Positions 37,032 through 47,548 of a DNA stretch of 64,000 bases are shown here, piece after piece. Both the position numbers and the translations under genes were made by a program. The notes below the pieces were generated by a model. That model saw only the letters and a list, made by a program, of their open reading frames with translations, did not search any database and was not told where the DNA came from. How positions within the stretch are numbered: position 1 is the first letter of the stretch; each line of letters starts with the position of its first letter. The DNA lies in contig MU005967.1 in assembly GCA_010093745.1 (NCBI GenBank), positions 124,001-188,000 on the forward strand. The letters are read 5' to 3'. This DNA comes from Piedraia hortae CBS 480.64. Taxonomy: Eukaryota.

Positions 37032-37686
37032 TTACTCAACCTTCACCCCACGGAGGTAGTGATTCAGCATATCCTGCACCAGTTCATTCGCGAAGCGATT
37101 CTCCTCCTTTCTCACCCACCAAAACAGCACCTCCACCCCCCTCCTATTCAACACATCCACCAACCCCTCCAACTCCCCAAATCAATTCTCATTCACCACA
37201 GTTTCCTTCTTCGCAGTCCTAAACCCATTCTCGTTCCACGTAAAGATCCACTCTGTCATTCCCTTGACAAGATACTCCGAATCAGATTTAATCACAACCT
37301 GCTTCACCTCCCTCCCTTTCTCAAGGAACCTATCCACGAGCATCTGATGCGCGGTTTCCAGCCCCAGAATCCCCGGCTTTGAGCTCAGCGATTTGGTTTG
37401 TCACCCTATTGCGAGGTGGAGTGGGAAATATCACCCGCGCGGTGTTGTAGGGCGAGGAGGGACCTATGTAGACGGAAACTGCTGCGGTGGGTTTGGCGTC
37501 TTTCCGACCGTTGTTCCGACAGGCCCCGTCTACGGCGAGGATAATGCTATCGGAGCGTGCTGCGGAAGGGTGAGTGGGGTGGACGACGCCATCGTCGCGG
37601 TTGCTACCTTCGATGTTCGGATCGAATTTGCGGTTCGGATGATTGGTTGGGCGGCATGGGCTTTGGGGAGGGAAGTTGGATATCAT
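37032..37686 (-). pseudogene. RNase H (RNase HI-like) pseudogene
   Basis: AVDGACRNNG and TNQIAEL in one frame; after a one-base shift at the G4 run (37371-37374) it continues VIKSDSEYLVKGMTEW...VLFWWVRKEEN. In-frame TGA at 37184-37182; terminal TAA at 37034-37032. Confidence 0.8.
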
Positions 37687-37783
37687 TTGGATTGTGGGAG
37701 GAGGGGAGGGGAAGGGTGTAAAAAGCAGTCATGCAGCTGCAGCACCCCACGGGAGCCCAACGTGATTGAAATGGGATTGTACA

Positions 37784-38955
37784 CTACTGATCATCAAGAA
37801 CATGCAGATACTTCTTCTCTTCTCTCCTCTCCCGTTCAGACATCGGCGGGAGGTCGAAGTAGCTGGAGCTGCGGTATCCTTGCTGATGACATGGTTAGCT
37901 AGGGTGTTCGTTGTGATGGTGATGTCAAGGCTTACCAGGTACTTGTAGGTAAAATGTGAAATATCCCCGGCCTCGAGGTCGAGGTCGCTAAACGTCTTGG
38001 CGTCCTTGTCGATTATCTGGTTGATATACTCCCGAATGACCTGGTCACGACACCCGACCGGCCACCAGAGAGTTCTGTTCATGATTCCGCGAATGGGAGC
38101 CAAGATGAATTTCGGGAGGTTGATGTGACGACGCTTTTTCATGATTTCGCCTTCGACGAGTTCATTGATCTCCGCTAAGCTGTACTCCTTTGGTCCGTAG
38201 AGCTCATAGGTTTGGCCGGCGGTGGAATCGTCAAGAGCTATTTTTTCAAGGGCGCGACCGACGTCGATGGCGTGAACTGGCCGGAAACGCTCCTGCATCC
38301 AGTTGCAGGTCAAGTGGATGCGTGCGCGCGCTAGACGGTGGAGGAGCCTGTCCTCGAAACCGAACATGGGCGCTGGCCGCACGATTGTCGTCTCAGGGAA
38401 GATCTCCCGTGCGATTTGCTCGCTCCAGTATTTCATTCGGTAGAATTCGGAAGGTGAATTTGGGCTCACAGAGTGCGACGAGACATGGATGAAGCGGTCT
38501 ACGTCGTATTTGGCAACGGCATCTGCGATGCGATGCGTGCCCTCGACCATGACGTCTCCGAGTTTGAAGTTTTTGGTGGGATAGTCCCTTCCGATGAGGT
38601 TGAAGACGATGTCCGAGTGCCGGACGCTTTCTTCGATTGAATCGATGTTGCGGAGGTCGTACTCTATGAAGCTCACGCGACCCAAGTCTCCGGTTACTTT
38701 GAGGTGTCGCTTGGTTATTTCCTCGCGAAAGGGGACAACTACGGTGCAGCCTGAGCGAGCGAGCCGATTCACGATGTACCGGCCGAGGAATCCCGTAGCT
38801 CCGAATACCGTAGCGGTATGGCCACCCAAGCTGCTCCGGCCGCCGGCGACGCGGAGAACGGGCTTGCCAGTCCGGGTGATGGCGACATCTTGCAGGCTCC
38901 GCGTCTGCGCTTTGGGAAACAGACGGGCGGCTCGGGCTGCCATAGGGGTAGTCAT
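37784..38955 (-). CDS. NADH:ubiquinone oxidoreductase 40 kDa subunit (NDUFA9); exons 38955-37936, 37882-37784
   Basis: GGRSSLGGHTATVFGATGFLGRYIV, HLKVTGDLG, IGRDYPTKNF. A 53-nt GTAAGC...CAG intron gives the C-terminus QGYRSSSYFDLPP...LHVLDDQ. Start at 38955 or 38943. Confidence 0.93.
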
Positions 38956-38981
38956 TGGCGGAGTGGAGAGGTGAGGTCGTG

Positions 38982-39051
38982 GATGTGATGTGATCTGTGA
39001 CGTGTGATGTGATGTGATGTGATGTGACAACGATGGATGTGACATTGTGAC
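38982..39051. repeat. (GATGT)n/TGTGAC pentamer array in the NDUFA9-RPN9 divergent promoter
   Basis: gatgtgatgtgatctgtgacgtgtgatgtgatgtgatgtgatgtgac...gatgtgacattgtgac read directly. Confidence 0.8.
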
Positions 39052-39069
39052 TCTCTCCAACATCAACCA

Positions 39070-40260
39070 ATGGACAACGAAAAGATCAGCTCCTTCCTGG
39101 CCGAACAGCGCGATAACGCGCCACAGGAGCTGCAGCATTACTTCCTTACATTTGAAGACTGCTGGGAGCGGAAGTTATGGCATGAGCTGACGGCCGTCCT
39201 GCTCCGCTACTACCAAGAAGCGCAGAGCGTGCGCCAGCGGATTCCCGTGTATGAGAACTTTGTCAAGACGTTTGGCGACAAGCTGAATCAGCTGAAGCTT
39301 GTGGAGATTGGTCTCAAAGCGGCATCACAGTTGCAGGGTAAGTAGTTGGCAAACATGCGCTTGATCAGACTAACAGCAGTAGGAGAGCAACGGCTGGCTT
39401 TTCTGCGCCAACTGACGGCCCGAGTGAACAAGCCTGCATCTCAGGATGCCTACGTCTTCGCTCTCACCCATGTGGCCCGCACTCTGCTGCAGTTGGGCCA
39501 GAAGAAGGAGGCACGTGCTGAACTGGACGAGTGCGAGCGCATCCTGGACTCATTCGACTCTGTAGAGGCCATTGTGCACGCTGCATTCTACAAGACCAGC
39601 GCAGACTACCACAAAGTATCTGCCGAATTCACCAGCTACTACCACACCACTTTGCTCTACCTTGCGTGCATCTCGATTGACAGCCTGGCAACGGAAGAGA
39701 AGCAGCGGATCGCGTACGATCTCAGTCTCGCCGCGCTTCTAAGCGATCAGCTGTACAACTTTGGCGAGCTCCTACTGCACCCGATCCTGGCGTCTTTGAA
39801 CAAAACCCAGCACGCCTGGCTCCGCGAACTCCTCTTTGCATTCAACCGTGGCGATCTCCAAGCCTACACCATCCTCCAGCAGCATCTCCAAGCCAACCCA
39901 CTCTTCCAACAGCACGAGGCATTCCTGTACCAAAAAATCAGCCTCTCAGCACTCACGCAACTCGTCTTCTCCCGTCCGCCTCACGACCGCAGCATGACCT
40001 TCGCCACCATCAGCGCCGAAACGCGCGTTCAGCACAACGAAATCGAGCATTTGCTAATGAAAGCCCTCTCTCTAGGCCTCCTAAAGGGCAAAATCGACCA
40101 AGTTGCCGAAGTAGCACGGATCAGCTGGGTTCAGCCCAAAGTCCTCGACCGCGACGGCGTCCGCGGGATGCAAAAACGTCTACGCGAATGGGACGAAAGC
40201 GTCGAAAAACTAGGTACATGGGTCGAGAGATCCGGCCAAGACGTCTGGGCCGCCTCATAG
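39070..40260 (+). CDS. RPN9: 26S proteasome lid subunit Rpn9; intron from 39338 to 39376, 39379 or 39382
   Basis: WERKLWHELT, YNFGELLLHPIL, EIEHLLMKALSLGLLKGKIDQV, WVQPKVL (PCI domain). Confidence 0.93.
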
Positions 40261-40285
40261 TCATATCAAAACCCCCCTCAACTAA

Positions 40286-41785
40286 TCAAATTGACGAAAA
40301 CACACACGTCGCCCCTCGTCCACAATGTACCCTCTGCTCCATCTCCCTCCCCCGTGGCGCGAGATGAAATCTATTCACCACTCCCCCTTCATCCCCACCC
40401 AACGGCGCAAGGTACATCGGAACGGGGACGTTATTCCTCTTCCCCGTCCCCAGCTGGAAAGAGCCATTCCCTCCCCAAAACAGCACATCCCTCCCCCCTC
40501 CCCCATCCATCGTCTGGGTAATATTATCCAACACAGCAGCAGCATGCGTCCCCCCCACCACCAATTCCGCCAATCTTATCGGAACCGTAACGCCCCGAAC
40601 CTCATCATACTCACGCAAACCCGACAACCCCGGAATTCTGGTCGGGGTATGCTGGGCGTGCGTCCAGCGGTTATTTCCCAGCCCGCCGTGGATGCCTTGT
40701 CCGAAAGCCAGAGTATCCGCTACGAGGCGGTTTGATGTTTCGACGTCGACTGTGATGTAGGAGTTGTTTCCCCCCGCCGCAACGCGGGTTGCTTTCCACG
40801 GTCCCTCGCGATAGAGTTTTTGGAGGGGGAGTAGGCATGGTTCGGTGATGATTGGGGTTTCGGAGGTAAATTCTAGGCCCAGCTGTCCGCTCGCGTTGGA
40901 GCCCCAGACATAGACCCGGCCGGATTGGGCGAGGGCGAGGTTGTGCGCATCCCCGCAGGCGATTTGGGTTATGGAACGGAGGGTGGTTAGTTCGTAGGGA
41001 GGCGTTGGGGGGAGGGGGCTAACGCCCAGTTGGCCTTGGGTGGGGGGTGTATTTGATGTGGAGGCGGAGAAGACTCGTCCTTTGTTCGTGCATAAGAGGA
41101 TATGGTCTAGTCCTGTGGCGATGGAGGAGACTTTTTCGCTGTAGTTGAGGCTGTTTGGTGTGATGAGTTTGTAGGAGATGGGGCTTTGGGGGTTCCAAAG
41201 GGGAAGCCATGATGATTCGTGCGGTTTGGGGCCGGAAGCTTGTTCGGTGGCGGAGACGGGGAGGTTGTATACCGCTCCGCTGCGGGAGAGGGCGAGGATT
41301 CTATCCTTGGACAGGCTGATGGAGATGATGTTTTTTCCTGTCAGGGTTGGGACGGGGTTGGTGTTGTCTGTGGAGTAGCCGGCGCCCCATTGTAATAAGT
41401 CGCCATGTTGGTCAACAGCCGCTCCGAAGTTCTGATCGAGCTTGATGTCCCGGAGGAGTTTGCCGTCAAAGTAGGGGATTCGTCGGGGGGTCTTTATGAC
41501 TGGTTCTGTACTGTCCGGGGCTACTACCCTACCGCTATTATTCCCCCAAGCGTAGACACCAGGTTCCTCCCTTGACTGCGTGATCTGACGGTGTTGACTT
41601 GAGATGAGATTGCGGTACTCTTCTTTGGATGGTGGAACCTCGGCGAGAGATTTTTTGGACGAAAGCGTCGCGACAGCTCCACCTGCAATTCCAACGACTA
41701 ATAGAGAGCGGTAGAAATGCTGCTTCTTCCGCTGCAGCCGTGAAGACGTGGCAGCCACCGTTCGGTACACTCGTCTGGAATTCAT
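40286..41785 (-). CDS. Mitochondrial RCC1-repeat protein (Fmp25-like)
   Basis: Presequence plus TM segment, then PGVYAWGNNSGRVVAP, IATGLDH, IACGDAH, WGSNASGQLG, FQLGTGKRNN. Confidence 0.8.
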   Translation of the reverse strand: MNSRRVYRTVAATSSRLQRKKQHFYRSLLVVGIAGGAVATLSSKKSLAEVPPSKEEYRNLISSQHRQITQSREEPGVYAWGNNSGRVVAPDSTEPVIKTPRRIPYFDGKLLRDIKLDQNFGAAVDQHGDLLQWGAGYSTDNTNPVPTLTGKNIISISLSKDRILALSRSGAVYNLPVSATEQASGPKPHESSWLPLWNPQSPISYKLITPNSLNYSEKVSSIATGLDHILLCTNKGRVFSASTSNTPPTQGQLGVSPLPPTPPYELTTLRSITQIACGDAHNLALAQSGRVYVWGSNASGQLGLEFTSETPIITEPCLLPLQKLYREGPWKATRVAAGGNNSYITVDVETSNRLVADTLAFGQGIHGGLGNNRWTHAQHTPTRIPGLSGLREYDEVRGVTVPIRLAELVVGGTHAAAVLDNITQTMDGGGGRDVLFWGGNGSFQLGTGKRNNVPVPMYLAPLGGDEGGVVNRFHLAPRGREMEQRVHCGRGATCVFSSI

Positions 41786-41873
41786 GGTCGCTGGAACGCT
41801 AATACCTTCTGGGGTAACAGCTCCACATTTTGTGGAGAAGGTTCGGCCCGCAGCCGCTTAACTCTTCCACACC

Positions 41874-43310
41874 ATGACGTCAACTCGGAGGAGCAGGCGG
41901 ATGAAGCGCGCCGTTACAAGTATGACGCCGACGGCGGTAAAGCGATGGAGTATCCTGAATAAGTCGCTTCCGCCTGTTCAGCGGGTTAAATCCATCCACG
42001 TCTACGATTTTGATAATACCCTTTTTGCCACGCCGCTACCCAATAAGCAGGTCTGGCATACGTCGACGATTGGCACAATCCAAAATGAGGATGGCTTCGT
42101 GGACGGCGGCTGGTGGCATCAGCCGCGTTTTCTGGAGAAGATGGGCGCGGGGGTCGAAGTGGAAGAGAAGCGCGCGTGGGATGGACATTGGAATGAGAAG
42201 GTTGTCGAGCTCGCGCGCATGTCTGCTGATGATGCGGAGACGCTCAGCGTCTGTCTGACGGGTAGAGGGGAAAGGAGATTCACCGATATCTTGAAGCGCA
42301 TCCTTGGGTCTAAGAATCTGGGGTTCGATATGGTCTGCTTGAAGCCGACAGTATCTCCCCTAGGCGAGGCGATTAAGTCGACGATGAGGTTCAAACAGGC
42401 CTTTCTGAAGGATTTAATCACAACATATAACCAGGCGACTGAGGTTACCATCTACGAGGACAGGATAATGCACGTCCAGGGCTTCCGCGAGTTCTTGCAG
42501 ACGATCCCCGGCATCAATGGCAAGGTGGTGCATGTTACGGACGTGGAAAGCGTCATGGATCCTGTTGTGGAAGTGGAGGAAGTGCAGCGCTCGGTTAATG
42601 ATCATAATCAGGCGGTGTTGGATGGCACAGCGCCATCCGGTACCGTCCCTCTAGCCATCAAACGCTTGGTCTACTACACAGGCTACATGCTCAACGCAGC
42701 AGACGCAGAGGAGATGAAGAGCCTCGTTCCGGGTAGAGCTGAGAACCTCAGGGTTTTAGCCAACAACGTTCTCATCGCCCCCCGACCAGCTACGAAATCC
42801 ATGTTGCACAAAGTCGGCGGAGTGGGCGCCAAGATGCGCTGGCGAATCACAGGCATTGGGTCGCTTCAGGACCGCCTCTGGGCTGCGAGAGTCGCTCCCG
42901 TCCCTCCAGATGCACAAATCTATACCGATAACAAAACCCCCGTCATTGTCCTCGCCACCAAGAGAAACGTCAAACCTGTGGAGGTGACGAAGATTTCTTC
43001 TTGGGGCCCAGTTCCGTCAGAGTACAAAGACTGGACCTTTGTGACGACGGTTGAGGAGAAGGCTCTGCTTCGGGTAGAGGAGGAGGTGGCTAATGAGGAT
43101 GTCTACGAGGCTAGTTTTCCAAAGAACGTGCTTTCGGAAGATGGCAGGAAGCAGCCATTGAACATACACAAAGTTTTCACTGGTAGAGTGACGAAGCCGA
43201 ACAGGGGGGCTAGGGGTAGAGGCAGAGGGACGTCTAATCGTCGGGGACGGGGCACGGGTGGTTGTTACCGGAGGACGATAGACATGGACAGCGATGGAGA
43301 TAGGCGGTAG
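41874..43310 (+). CDS. HAD-superfamily protein of the Swiss-Army-Knife RNA-repair type (HAD_SAK_1-like) with an Arg/Gly-rich tail
   Basis: HAD motifs VYDFDNTLF, LTGR, LKP and IYEDR; C-terminal RGARGRGRG. Confidence 0.8.
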   Translation: MTSTRRSRRMKRAVTSMTPTAVKRWSILNKSLPPVQRVKSIHVYDFDNTLFATPLPNKQVWHTSTIGTIQNEDGFVDGGWWHQPRFLEKMGAGVEVEEKRAWDGHWNEKVVELARMSADDAETLSVCLTGRGERRFTDILKRILGSKNLGFDMVCLKPTVSPLGEAIKSTMRFKQAFLKDLITTYNQATEVTIYEDRIMHVQGFREFLQTIPGINGKVVHVTDVESVMDPVVEVEEVQRSVNDHNQAVLDGTAPSGTVPLAIKRLVYYTGYMLNAADAEEMKSLVPGRAENLRVLANNVLIAPRPATKSMLHKVGGVGAKMRWRITGIGSLQDRLWAARVAPVPPDAQIYTDNKTPVIVLATKRNVKPVEVTKISSWGPVPSEYKDWTFVTTVEEKALLRVEEEVANEDVYEASFPKNVLSEDGRKQPLNIHKVFTGRVTKPNRGARGRGRGTSNRRGRGTGGCYRRTIDMDSDGDRR

Positions 43311-43459
43311 TCTTGACGTAACAGTGCTCTGGTATCTAAGAGTTGTTCAGTAGCTACAGTACACGAGTGTCATCAGACGGGTGACGGTCAAAATTCAGTG
43401 CGCACTCCTAAACAGGAAATTTTCCACCCACCCCACAGACACCACCAAGATCGCAGGAA

Positions 43460-44323
43460 ATGCGCTACCGTCCGCGCAGTAGGGAAACATATAAACGGCG
43501 CTCTCCCTCCGACGATAGTCGGGACCGCAGCCGTCGAAGGGGCAGATCCCCATCTAGCTCGCCCCGGAGGAAAAGAAGCCTTTCGCCCCCGAGGAAGAGA
43601 TCTCTCTCCCCCAGAAGAAAGCGAAACCTCTCAAGGGAAAGATCTCTCTCCCCCCAAAGAACATCAAGATCACCTCTCCGCAGCCGCGCATACTCCCCTA
43701 CACGAAACCGCACTCGACGAGACCGATTGCGCTCCCCAAGAAGAACCTACAGACGAACAGCATCGCGCTCTCCATCCTACTCCCCTCCTCGACGAAATCC
43801 TCCATCTCAACGAAGACCCGGATCCCCATCCCGATCAACCCCTCCTCCCCCCATAACCAAACAAAAACCCAACTACCTCCCCACCGGCCTCCTCGCGCAG
43901 CATTCCAACCGCGTGGCGGGCACACGCTCCATCCGCCGCTATCACCCACCCCCCTCGTCCCTCCCCCCCTCGCACCCCCGCTGGCGTGCCTACCTCTTCT
44001 GTTCATCCGGAGAAATCACACAAACCCTCGACCTCAACACCCGCTCGAGCTGGGTTTTTGGGTCGGATGTTAATCTTGCGGATTGTGTGATTAAAGGGGT
44101 GGAGGGGGAACATGCTGTGTTGCAGTGGAGGGATGTTAGAGGGAAGAGGGGTTGGTGGGTTATGGATCTTGAGAGTAGAACGGGGACGAGGTTGGGGAGG
44201 GAGGCTTTGCAGGGGGCGAGGTATGTTGAGGTTAGGGGTAGGGATAGGGTAAGACTGGGGGATTGGGAGGGTGAGATTGTTGTTGTTTGTGAAGCTTCGC
44301 AGGGCGGAGTTGGGGTTCATTGA
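43460..44323 (+). CDS. RS-rich FHA-domain protein (SNIP1/Pml1-like), divergent
   Basis: Long RS/SP N-terminus, KPNYLPTGLLA, YHPP, WRAYLF, EHAVLQWR, MDLESRTGT, RYVEVRGRD. The 3' end abuts an assembly gap. Confidence 0.7.
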   Translation: MRYRPRSRETYKRRSPSDDSRDRSRRRGRSPSSSPRRKRSLSPPRKRSLSPRRKRNLSRERSLSPQRTSRSPLRSRAYSPTRNRTRRDRLRSPRRTYRRTASRSPSYSPPRRNPPSQRRPGSPSRSTPPPPITKQKPNYLPTGLLAQHSNRVAGTRSIRRYHPPPSSLPPSHPRWRAYLFCSSGEITQTLDLNTRSSWVFGSDVNLADCVIKGVEGEHAVLQWRDVRGKRGWWVMDLESRTGTRLGREALQGARYVEVRGRDRVRLGDWEGEIVVVCEASQGGVGVH

Positions 44324-44431
44324 TGNNNNNNNNNNGGTTAGGGGTAGGGATAGGGTAAGACTGGGGGATGGGAAGGGGAGGGGAGTAGGTGGTAGGCAAG
44401 CTTCGCAGGGCGGAGTTGGGGTTCATTGATG
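44230..44431. repeat. About 96-bp near-duplicate flanking a 10-N gap (44326-44335); probable assembly artefact
   Basis: 44230-44325 is repeated with mismatches at 44336-44431. Confidence 0.75.
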
Positions 44432-44569
44432 TGGGGTATAGGAGAATGAGAGGATCCCGGGTTAAGAGGGTTACAGATCGAGAAGGCGAGAGGACGAGGA
44501 TCGAATTAATGGGGAAAAAGGATCGAATGCGAGGTAGATGGATGGACTGAACAAACGAGGACTTCTAAG

Positions 44570-46483
44570 CTACTGTATACCCCTCCAAAGCGCAATCCCA
44601 CAAACAACCCACGCAGGCCACCATAGCGCCCAGATGATGACCGCAGTGTAGACGCCCTGCACTGCCCAGCCCCTCACCACCTCGGTCAAGACCCATTGAA
44701 TACTCTTGTCCATGTACCAGCTCACTGCGTAGGGGAGTAGAGCCGGTGAGATGACGCTATGAATCACCAGACATGTAATGTCTCCCACGCGCCCTGTGCG
44801 GCGATGCAGCATTGCGATAAGACTTAGCGGTGCGCAAACCACGCCAATCCCAAACGCTAAGCTGAAATTCAGCGTTGCGAGGGTCGAAAGCGCCGCGCCC
44901 AGGACGAGGAGGGAAAAGGATTGCATCAGTTGCAGCTGCTGAGGTGTTACCCTGAGACGGAGGAGGATGGATGCTGCGAGGAGGGGGACTGCTAAGCCCA
45001 GTGCTGTTAGGTTATGCTGTAGCGTTTCGAGGTTCTGTGGTTATCAGATTGTGTGATTTTGGGAAGGGGTGGACTCACAGATTTGGGCGTGATGCTGAGG
45101 AGGTAAACGGGCAGGAAGCCGGATAGGGTCACCGCCAAGACGACGGCTGCGGGTAGGAAGATTTCCCTCTCAACGGTTTCAAGTTCCTCTTTGGGGACCA
45201 ATGCCTTATTTTTCCCGTCCTTGATGATTTCTAGTTTGGTGGGTTTCTGAGCTGACTTGCCGCTTTGTAACCACAATGCCAGAGCGGCGATGGTGAAGTT
45301 GCCTGCGATGAGCATCGCCGCGGGAAGGTAATTCCCGATGCTGATGAACCGTCTGGAGTTTAGCAAGATGTAAAAGAAGAAGGACTGGTGAAAGTGTTCG
45401 AGGAGGTTGTTGATGCTGCGGAATATACTCTCCGTTGTTCGACCGAGACTCATTTCGTCCTGCCAACCATCACCGACTGTTTTGAGGGTGATTGCATCAA
45501 CGTGGTAGGGTACGAATGCTGAATGAGGTCCCGTGGCTTGACCGACTGATTGTGTGACGAGACCTCGGACCATTGTTCTGAGACGGTCCGTGTAGCTGTC
45601 TGAATGGGTCTGCATGCCATGCAGGATGCAGTCGATGCCCATCTGGCCGCTGGCGATTTCTATAGCGGTGTTGAGTAGATCTAGGTTCGGCAGGGCACCG
45701 TTGATTCCATCGTAGAGGATATCTAATTTGTCGAAGCGATGGCCCCATGGTCCAGCTGGGTAGTCCAGTGCAACTGCCCCCTGCAGTGCGCCCGCTTTGA
45801 GCGTCAGCGCACTGATGTTGCGATGGTTCGTTGCCTCCAGCGCTGTACTGTGGTACGCAGACGCCCACGCCTCGGGTCCGTGGGTGCTATCAGCCGGGAT
45901 CAAGATGATAATGTCTTTGCTCCAGATCGAGAATCTCTTGAAGAAACGGGCCAGTGTCAAGGCCAGGGCGACCCCAGAGTAGTTGATATCACCGTCAAAA
46001 TTCCGCCAGGCAGCCATCAACACCATGGATTCGGTAGCATCAGCCCTGGGACCCTGCAGCAGACCATAGACGTTCTCCCCCCCGATTACGTCTCCTGCCA
46101 CTGCAAACCGATAATGCTGTCTGGCCACTTTCAATCCCATCTCTTTAATCAGCTCCTCTACTCCCTCAGCTCTCCCGAGGTCATCTTTGTGTGCAAGCTG
46201 GAAGACTTCCTGACGATATGCCCGGAATATGTTGTGCTCGCTGCCTCCAAAGTAGGCGGTAACTTGGCCCGGCAGGATAGCATTCTCAGAGACATATGTG
46301 TGTCTAGAGTACAGGTCCAGAGGCAAGATGAAGAGCCATGCTATCCCAATTACGAGACACAGCGTTGACAGATACGGCGGGAGTTTCAGCAGAACCGGCG
46401 ACGAGCGCAGCAGAAGAAGACGGGAAGCTGCCTCTGGTCAGTCTCCGAGCTTTGGCTTCAACGTGACACGCACTCAGCGGCAT
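44570..46483 (-). CDS. GAA1: GPI transamidase subunit Gaa1; exons 46483-46474, 46427-45079, 45034-44570
   Basis: TYVSENAILPGQV, PRADATES, WSKDII, NGALPNLDL, RSINNLLEHFHQSFFFY and C-terminal TM segments; two GT-AG introns (46 and 44 nt) keep the frame. Confidence 0.92.
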
Positions 46484-46598
46484 CTTCTGCTCAGATTCAT
46501 GGTCGAATGAGACTGATCTCAGATTTGATTAATCCACCAAAGTGCCCATCAAAGTCGAGGTTGCCCCATCAAACCTCCATGTCACGTCACCTTCCTAC

Positions 46599-47443
46599 AT
46601 GGCAGCTGTCAACCTGCCAGACGCGCGACGGCTCAAGTCTTATCTGTTTCGAATCCCGCTGGCGACGCGGCTAATAATTCTTCTCATCACCGTTTTCTAC
46701 ATTGCGACGGTATTTGTGCCATGGCTAAGGCAGTGGGGAGCCTTGGTTCCGCACGAAATCAGCCTCTCTACCCGTACGTCTGTCGGCCAAAACCATTTAA
46801 TCTAAGCTACTAATGTCGCCCAGTCTACCGTCTTAATACTTTTCCTCTGCTGCACCGGGATTTCGTTCATTTTCTGTCCAACATCCTCGTTCTAGTTCCC
46901 CTCCTCGACCGGTTCGAGCAGGAACATGGAACCATGGTGACGCTTGCCCTTTTTACGGGCCAATTTGGCCTGCTGCCCGGAGGCCTTTACACTCTGCTTG
47001 AGCGCCATGTCTTTCGACTCGACAGCTCGGCCATCGGGGCCAGCGTCTGGGTTTTTCTCTTGCTCAGCTATGAAGCGGTGCGTACGAGCAAGACGCATCC
47101 GCACCTTGTCATTATGAACTACAAAATCCCTACCTGGATCACACCCCTTGCTCCGCTCCTGCTTATCAGCTTTTTGATACCGCACAGCAGCTTTCTCGGC
47201 CACTCCTGCGGAGCCGTGGTGGGCTACGTTTGGGGTTTAGGATATATTCGATTCCTAGCACCGCCGGACAAGGTGCTGAGGTGGCTAGAGGCAAGGCTCA
47301 ACCTGCTGGGGAGGTTGCCTCGTTACGTCAGTGTAGATCAGAAGACTTACGGGCGATATGGCGTGCTGCCGACTTCCAGCAATGGGAGGCCTGGTACTGC
47401 CAATGGTAGCAAACCCGGGCAGAGACTTGGCCTCGACGTATAA
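46599..47443 (+). CDS. Rhomboid protease (Rbd2-like); exons 46599-46773, 46824-47443
   Basis: YRLNTFPLLH, HFLSN, IGASVW (catalytic Ser), SFLGHSCG (catalytic His); 50-nt GTACGT...CAG intron. Confidence 0.88.
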
Positions 47444-47548
47444 TGCAGTTTTTTTCCGTAAAGTTTGTTGTATATTCCAAAGTGCAAACCATCAGCTGCA
47501 CGGAACGGCCCGGCAACCGCAAGACTTCGCGCAACACGCCAAGACTGC

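Noticed and set aside
37182..37184. In-frame TGA in RNase H as selenocysteine or readthrough
   Set aside because: The same gene also carries a frameshift, the position corresponds to a hydrophobic residue rather than Cys, and ascomycetes are not known to encode Sec.
37032..37686. RNase H as part of a retrotransposon
   Set aside because: No reverse transcriptase, integrase, gag, LTR or target-site duplication is visible; it is tightly flanked by cellular genes.
44230..44431. Tandem duplication with telomere-like GGTTAGGGGTAGGGATAGGG
   Set aside because: The copies flank a 10-N gap and look like unmerged contig ends. The first copy is coding sequence and there is no true (TTAGGG)n array.
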